64,000 nt of DNA from an uncultured Gammaproteobacteria bacterium (GTDB lineage: Bacteria > Pseudomonadota > Gammaproteobacteria > CAMYKB01): NCBI GenBank assembly GCA_947258875.1, contig CAMYKB010000001.1, positions 52,081-116,080 on the forward strand, read 5' to 3'. The translations under genes and the position numbers were made by a program. Within the stretch, counting starts at the first letter, position 1; each line of letters begins with the position of its first letter. Below the pieces are notes generated by a model, which was not told the DNA's origin, made no database searches, and was given only the letters and a program-made list of their open reading frames with translations. Below, piece by piece: positions 58,387 through 64,000 of the stretch.

Positions 58387-59853
58387 TCACACAAGCACCT
58401 CTATATTGGCTTTCTCTGGCTCTGTTGGTACGCCAATCAAACTGTGCGCCAATTTTCCGAGGGTACGAATGGCATCAACAACCCGCTTGTCCACTTCTTG
58501 ACTGTAACTGATGCGAATAAAATTCTGATAACGACCTCTTGCTGAAAACAACGGTCCGGGCGATATGCCAATGTGGTTAGCTAACGCCAGCTTAGACAGC
58601 TCTACCCCACTGATCTGATTTGGCAACTCAACCCAAAGCAACATCCCCCCTTCGGGCCGGGTCATGCGTGTCTGCTCTGGGAAATAACAGTCGATAAGAT
58701 CAATCATCTGATCACGGCGGCGGCGATAGTGCTCACTTGCAGAGTTAACATGGCGGTCAAAATTCCCCTTTGCCATAAATTCCGCCACTGCGAGCTGCGG
58801 CAAGGTGGCGGTATTCATACTCGCAACATATTTTTGATGCTCGACCTGGTCATAAAATCGGCCCGGTACACACCAGCCAACCCGCAAGCCAGGCGCCAGT
58901 GTCTTTGAAATGGAGGAACAAAGCATAACCCATCCTTCTTCATCGAAGGATTTAATGGTCAGCGGTCGCTGTGTTTGATAGCCCATGTCTCCATAGATGT
59001 CGTCTTCAATCATCGGCATGCGATGTTTTGCGGCTATCGCGGCCAGGCGTTGTTTGCGTTCATCAGACATGACATAACCAAGAGGATTATTAAAGCTTGG
59101 CGTAACCAATACGGCGCCGATCGTCCATTGCTCTAACGCCATTTCCAATGCGCCGACACTCATCCCCCGGCAGGGGCGCGTAGGTATTTCGAGCACTTTA
59201 AGACCCGATGCTTCTATCGCCTGCAAGATGCCGTAATAAGTCGGCGTTTCGACCGCAATGACGTCGCCAGGCTTGGTGACAGCACGCAGGCAACACAACA
59301 GCGCCTCCTGACATCCGTTGGTAACGATGAAATCATCAGGTGAAAGCTTAAGGCCCGCTTCGCGCGAGTGCCGGGCCAGCTGCACGCGTAATTCCGTGCA
59401 GCCTTGCAAGGGGCCGTATCCCAGGCTGCGAGTTTCTCCTTTGCGGGTCTCCACCGCCATCATGCGAGTGAGCGGCCGCAACGTCGGCATCGTAACATCC
59501 GGCGCGGCGCGCCCCATACTCACCACGTCCTCGCGGCTCTCGAGACTGGTCGCATGCATGGCGCGCCCCCACTGGCTCACCCAGGCTGGTGCCACCAGTG
59601 CTTTATTACTGCTTGGCATTTCGGGAGCCGCTCCGGGACGGCGCGTTACAAAATAACCGGACTTTGGCTTCGCCATCACCACATCGCGTTGCTCCAGTAG
59701 CCGATACGCATCCAGCGCAGTGGAGATGCTTATGCGCATTTGGCGGCTGAGACCACGTACTGACGGCAGCTTGTCTCCAACGGAGTAAACCCCGCTATCA
59801 ATCTGTTCGAATAGTTGATTGGCAATTTGCTCGTAAAGTGTCTCGCTAGCCAT
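58387..59853 (-). CDS. MocR/GntR PLP-dependent transcriptional regulator
   Basis: LPSVR wHTH, EDDIY and SISKTLAPGLRVGW. Confidence 0.93.
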   Translation of the reverse strand: MASETLYEQIANQLFEQIDSGVYSVGDKLPSVRGLSRQMRISISTALDAYRLLEQRDVVMAKPKSGYFVTRRPGAAPEMPSSNKALVAPAWVSQWGRAMHATSLESREDVVSMGRAAPDVTMPTLRPLTRMMAVETRKGETRSLGYGPLQGCTELRVQLARHSREAGLKLSPDDFIVTNGCQEALLCCLRAVTKPGDVIAVETPTYYGILQAIEASGLKVLEIPTRPCRGMSVGALEMALEQWTIGAVLVTPSFNNPLGYVMSDERKQRLAAIAAKHRMPMIEDDIYGDMGYQTQRPLTIKSFDEEGWVMLCSSISKTLAPGLRVGWCVPGRFYDQVEHQKYVASMNTATLPQLAVAEFMAKGNFDRHVNSASEHYRRRRDQMIDLIDCYFPEQTRMTRPEGGMLLWVELPNQISGVELSKLALANHIGISPGPLFSARGRYQNFIRISYSQEVDKRVVDAIRTLGKLAHSLIGVPTEPEKANIEVLV

Positions 59854-59868
59854 CGCACGCTCCTAAGG

Positions 59869-59955
59869 GTACAGAGGGTCCCATTACAAGGCAGTACAGA
59901 TTAATCTAATCTAAATCTGTGCTCCTACAAATTAACTTTTTTTGAATCTGTAATG
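59869..59955. promoter_or_regulatory. Probable MocR operator repeats
   Basis: GTACAGA twice and inverted ATCTGT twice between the divergent genes. Confidence 0.55.
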
Positions 59956-60055
59956 CCTCAAGCCAGCAGAGTACTCTTTCTACACAATTTCAGCAATCGC
60001 TGGTCCGGATAGATACGGCCGAGACCACCAACAGAGCAAGAAGACGAGGCGCGAA

Positions 60056-60244
60056 GTGGAGCTGGCAAAGCAATTAAGAATGGCTCGCAAACGCCGCTCA
60101 TTCATGGCGCTAGCTAGGCTTTGGTATCAACGTGGACAGCAACGTCGGCAGCTACTGGAACTGGATGATAGGTTGTTAAAAGACATAGGCATTTGCAGAG
60201 CAGACGCGTTGCGCGAAGCACGCAAACCATTTTGGTTAAAGTAA
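60056..60244 (+). CDS. DUF1127 (YjiS-like) small protein
   Basis: W..R..QRRQL.ELDDRLLKDIG...EARKPFW. Confidence 0.9.
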   Translation: MELAKQLRMARKRRSFMALARLWYQRGQQRRQLLELDDRLLKDIGICRADALREARKPFWLK

Positions 60245-60311
60245 CGCCTGTTATACAACGCATGCCTTATGTAAAAATATATACGCATAATTAAGAGGCA
60301 CGGAAATAGGT

Positions 60312-61223
60312 ATGAAAACGTTTAATTACCATCTTGTCGACGTATTCACCAGTCAATTGTTTGGCGGTAATCAATTGGCTGTCTTTACTGAGTGCAACGC
60401 ACTCAGTACACAAGACATGCAAAACATTGCTAAAGAGCTAAACCTATCCGAGAGCGTGTTTGTTTTCCCAGCAGAAGATGCTGCAAATGACTATCTGCTC
60501 AGGATATTTACACCTGATATGGAGATGCCGATGGCGGGCCACCCCACCATCGGTGCAGCTTATATATTAGCCAAGCTCAACCCCAGACATAAAAATGGCG
60601 GCAGCTTAAAACTTGAAGAAAAGGTTGGCGTAATTACTGTAGAACTATCCGCTAAAGGCGCCCAACCTGCCATCATAACCATGCAGCAGCCGCTCCCGGA
60701 ATTCGGTAAAACCTATGATGACCGCCGACTTATTGCGAAATTATTATCTATCGACAGTAGCGATATCGATGACAAGCTTCCAATGCAGGTGGTTTCAACA
60801 GGCGTCGCTTTTCTCTATATCCCCTTAAACAGCTTAGCGGCCATGAAAAAAATGAAGCTGCGCAGCGATTTATGGGAAACGAACCTGCAAGGAACAGACG
60901 GGCAAAACCTGTTCATATTCTGCCGGGAAACTGAGGATAGCGAATCTACGGTACACTCCAGGATGTTTGCTCCCGCGATGGGCATAAAGGAAGACCCTGC
61001 AACGGGCGCCGCAAGCGGCCCATTGGGTGCTTACTTAGTCAAACATGGCCTGATTACAGCTGCGGGCAGGGCATCCATAGTCAGTGAACAGGGTTACGAA
61101 ATGGGACGCCCGAGCATCGTACACATTAGCATCGAAACCCGTAATCATAATATTACAAAAGTTGCTATTGGCGGTGAATGCGTACCCGTTGGCGGCGGCT
61201 TTATCAACCTGGACTTACCTTAA
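60312..61223 (+). CDS. PhzF family isomerase/epimerase
   Basis: VDVFT...GGN, LSESVF, AGHPT, EDPATG and QG.EMGRPS motifs. Confidence 0.93.
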   Translation: MKTFNYHLVDVFTSQLFGGNQLAVFTECNALSTQDMQNIAKELNLSESVFVFPAEDAANDYLLRIFTPDMEMPMAGHPTIGAAYILAKLNPRHKNGGSLKLEEKVGVITVELSAKGAQPAIITMQQPLPEFGKTYDDRRLIAKLLSIDSSDIDDKLPMQVVSTGVAFLYIPLNSLAAMKKMKLRSDLWETNLQGTDGQNLFIFCRETEDSESTVHSRMFAPAMGIKEDPATGAASGPLGAYLVKHGLITAAGRASIVSEQGYEMGRPSIVHISIETRNHNITKVAIGGECVPVGGGFINLDLP

Positions 61224-61718
61224 ACCATTGGTAAGCGGTGCATAACGATGCGATCGCACCAATTCACGAATTGTAACGAAGCACAACACAACCCACTTAA
61301 AAGCCTCCCGAATACTACATTACAGGGCCGCAGTTTCACTACCGCCCCTAGTAACGCACCATTACCACGCGCACCTACTGGGACACAGATATTCTGGTAA
61401 TGCACGGGTATAGGGATTAGGACGACTCAGGAGACAAAGTCGAGGCCCCCAAACCAAGGTGGCAATCTTATATTACTCTCGGCGGGTGATACAGACTTCA
61501 CCGTCTATCCAGGCATGATGAATATCTCACATTTCCAGCGTCAATTTCTCACTGAATTGCTACTTAAATTCCCGATAATAGGCACAAGCACTACAGACTT
61601 CGTGATACATGGACTGAATCACACACCCTGCAATATCGAGTTGCGCCAGATGTCAGCGCGCAGCGTGACAGGCAAATGAGTTGTAACGTATTACGACCAT
61701 TTAGCAAGGAGGCATACC

Positions 61719-62075
61719 ATGAGAAACTTACGCAACATCTTTAATCTTGTCTATATAGTACCGGTCTTTATATTCGCACTTTCAGCAGACCGTTCAGTCG
61801 CAGGAGAGAATATAGAGTTTGCTCTCACCAAATTGAGTAGCTGGCAACAAAGACACTTGCTTGAACCTTCGCCACGCGACAGATTGCGTGAAAAACAGGG
61901 CCGCATTGTTATCTATGACGGGTTGCTGGATACCGTCGTTGAGAGCGCTCTGGATTTATATTTTGATCGCATCGAAAACATGATGTTCACCCGCATTGTT
62001 GTAACCAGCAAAGATGGCAAGCCATTGCTTGATCCGGATACCGGCGAACTGGTTATCGAGGACGACGGGTGCTGA
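61719..62075 (+). CDS. Secreted hypothetical protein ending EDDGC
   Basis: AGGAGG RBS, signal-like N-terminus and IYDGL...FDRIENMMF. Confidence 0.75.
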   Translation: MRNLRNIFNLVYIVPVFIFALSADRSVAGENIEFALTKLSSWQQRHLLEPSPRDRLREKQGRIVIYDGLLDTVVESALDLYFDRIENMMFTRIVVTSKDGKPLLDPDTGELVIEDDGC

Positions 62076-62191
62076 TCCCAGCCAACCAACTTGATACGGG
62101 CAACACGCAATCTGGGCGAAACCTCTCTACTGTGGGTCCAGCTATTTTCTGACTCCGACTTTTCCGGGAAAAATGAAGCAAGGAGATCGTC

Positions 62192-62689
62192 ATGAAGACA
62201 AAATCGGCACTTTTAATCCCGACACTCATGCTCATGGTGTTCATCATTCAAGGATGTGCCAGCACAGACTTCTGCAATGTCAAAACCAAGACAATCAGCA
62301 TCTATGATGATCACAGCATCCCTGCAAATACCGGCATCAGCACAGGCCTATATACAGATGTGGATGGTTATCGTTACGTAAACATAGTCGTCGAATTTGA
62401 ACAACAAACCGCTACTGAGGAACCGGTATCATTAGGTATAATATTTGCCCACGATCAAAATGGCGAATTAGGCTCGCGAAGATATTTCACATTCGATGAA
62501 AATTTTTCCGCTGCGGCCGACCCCCAGATGATAACTGTAACCGGCAAGGCCAGTTGGCACGGTCAGCAGCATGGCAAAAGCACTTATATTGCGAGGCTGC
62601 CGGTGATGGGCCCGTTTTTGCAAGTATTTCCTTTCAACCACCACAACGGATCACGAACGTTTAGCATTGCGCTTTATTTAAGTGAGTAA
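62192..62689 (+). CDS. Hypothetical beta-rich lipoprotein
   Basis: AGGAG RBS and lipobox IQGC. Confidence 0.75.
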   Translation: MKTKSALLIPTLMLMVFIIQGCASTDFCNVKTKTISIYDDHSIPANTGISTGLYTDVDGYRYVNIVVEFEQQTATEEPVSLGIIFAHDQNGELGSRRYFTFDENFSAAADPQMITVTGKASWHGQQHGKSTYIARLPVMGPFLQVFPFNHHNGSRTFSIALYLSE

Positions 62690-62735
62690 TCGCGCAACAC
62701 CGTACACGCCACCACCTCGACTTTAACAGATAGTA

Positions 62736-63500
62736 TTAATCGCCAAGCAACAACTTCAGGCTGACCGCTATGGAAACGACAACCAGTACAGGCCTGACGA
62801 TGCCCGCGCCATGACGAATCACCAGATGCGAACCCAGATAGGCACCGAATAACTGCCCCACGGCCATGACCCCGCCCAGCAGCCACACCACCTTGCCGGA
62901 AATAATAAAGAATAGTAGCGAGGCAATGTTGCTGGTGAGATTCAGTATTTTGGTGTGCGCTGTTGCCTTGCGCAGGTTATAGCCCAGCAAACCAACCAGG
63001 GAGATCGCAAAGAGCGATCCCGTTCCGGGACCAAAGAAGCCGTCATAAAAACCAACGCTTGTCCCTATCAGGAATGCAAATACTATAGGTGTCATTCGTT
63101 GATGGCAGTCGAGATCACCCATGCGTGGTGACAGCAGGTAATAAACAGCCGCAGCTATAAGCAGTACTGGAATCACTGTTGCAAGTTGGCTGGCATCAAT
63201 TTGCTGTACTAACAGCGTTCCAGTCGCTGCGCCAATAAAGGTACACACAATGGCCAGGACAATGCTGCGTGGCTCGACAAGCCCCTTGTGCATGAAATTA
63301 AAACTGGCGCTAAGGGTGCCAAAACTTCCTTGCAACTTGTTGGTCGCCAGTGCTTCGACAGGAGTGAGCCCGGCAGCCAGCAGCGCAGGGAGCGCCAACA
63401 GCCCTCCTCCGCCTGCTATGGCATCAACGAAACCCGCAGCCAGGCCGACAAAAAAAAGCAGCGCTAGTATTTCGTAACCCAGGGCTTCCATCAGGACCAA
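62736..63500 (-). CDS. TSUP (TauE/SafE/YfcA) family transporter
   Basis: DAIAGGGGL, ATNKLQ and GFYDGFFGPGTG motifs. Confidence 0.93.
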   Translation of the reverse strand: MVLMEALGYEILALLFFVGLAAGFVDAIAGGGGLLALPALLAAGLTPVEALATNKLQGSFGTLSASFNFMHKGLVEPRSIVLAIVCTFIGAATGTLLVQQIDASQLATVIPVLLIAAAVYYLLSPRMGDLDCHQRMTPIVFAFLIGTSVGFYDGFFGPGTGSLFAISLVGLLGYNLRKATAHTKILNLTSNIASLLFFIISGKVVWLLGGVMAVGQLFGAYLGSHLVIRHGAGIVRPVLVVVSIAVSLKLLLGD

Positions 63501-64000
63501 TATCGTTAAGTTCCCACTAGACCAGCATTCCGAGAGAAGTCATTCAGGACTAAATTTACGATACACAGATGACCACCTCCAAATCACGGTTCTCATTCAC
63601 CAGAAAGACCATTACGTTGATCACAAGCAATCCGACCGTAATGACTAACGCATTGTTGCAGCCACTCTTCTGTCGAACGGAATGAGTAGCATGTCTCGGT
63701 GCCAGGGTGATTGGGTTATGGAAGATCTACAAGCTCTGGATTACTTCCACCCTAAGACCCGTAAACGGTGCCTCCCTGCACCTCTACTCTGGTTGGCATG
63801 ATATGCAATGCAAGCTGTACACAAAGCAGTCGTTCATGAAGTAAATTGCGCCCCTTTCATCATATTTCCACAGAACGCAATTTTTCGGCGGCGTCCTCGG
63901 GACTGATGGTACTTACAAACAACCCTGATCCGAGTTCAAAACCGGTGGGAATGCTGGTACGCGGACAAATCTCAAGATGCCAATGATAACTCTCAGCGTA

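Noticed and set aside
61224-61718. ncRNA or small gene in the ~500-bp gap
   Set aside because: No convincing ORF, terminator or motif found.
63794-63811. sigma54 promoter TGGCATGATATGCA
   Set aside because: GG-to-GC spacing is wrong for a -24/-12 element.

Overview
64-kb chromosomal window from what looks like a free-living gammaproteobacterium, probably a sulfur-metabolising one. This is inferred from the TusE/DsrC-family protein, rhodaneses, TSUP exporter, PPi-PFK, a Pseudomonas-type two-ATP-cone NrdA and a PEP-CTERM remnant. Most of it is housekeeping, stress and signalling genes: nrdAB, dinB, fabA, pepN, tatD, bolA, adk, pfp, ppk2, PhoPQ-like pair, rsd, srkA, two PAS-GGDEF-EAL proteins, and MocR and GbsR regulators. 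I saw no rRNA, tRNA, CRISPR array, integrase or transposase. Features that gene annotation alone would miss: (1) a decaying integrase-less integron cassette array at about 3.2-5.7 kb with 4 or more attC-like sites; (2) two diverged ~265-bp structured repeats in inverted orientation around an AT-rich orphan gene, whose stems covary while keeping CsrA-type AnGGA loops; (3) an unannotated sigma54/IHF-driven ~190-nt GGA-rich transcript downstream of adk; (4) a Nal1-like serine protease translationally coupled to a secreted stand-alone copy of its own N-terminal domain; (5) an operon encoding a minimal Ser/Thr kinase, a PP2C phosphatase and SrkA; (6) a membrane-spanning receiver/OmpA-like protein overlapping ppk2; (7) several readable operators (NrdR, PhoP-like, GbsR-like, PEP-CTERM enhancer). 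All calls come from reading the sequence by eye. No database searches or folding programs were run.
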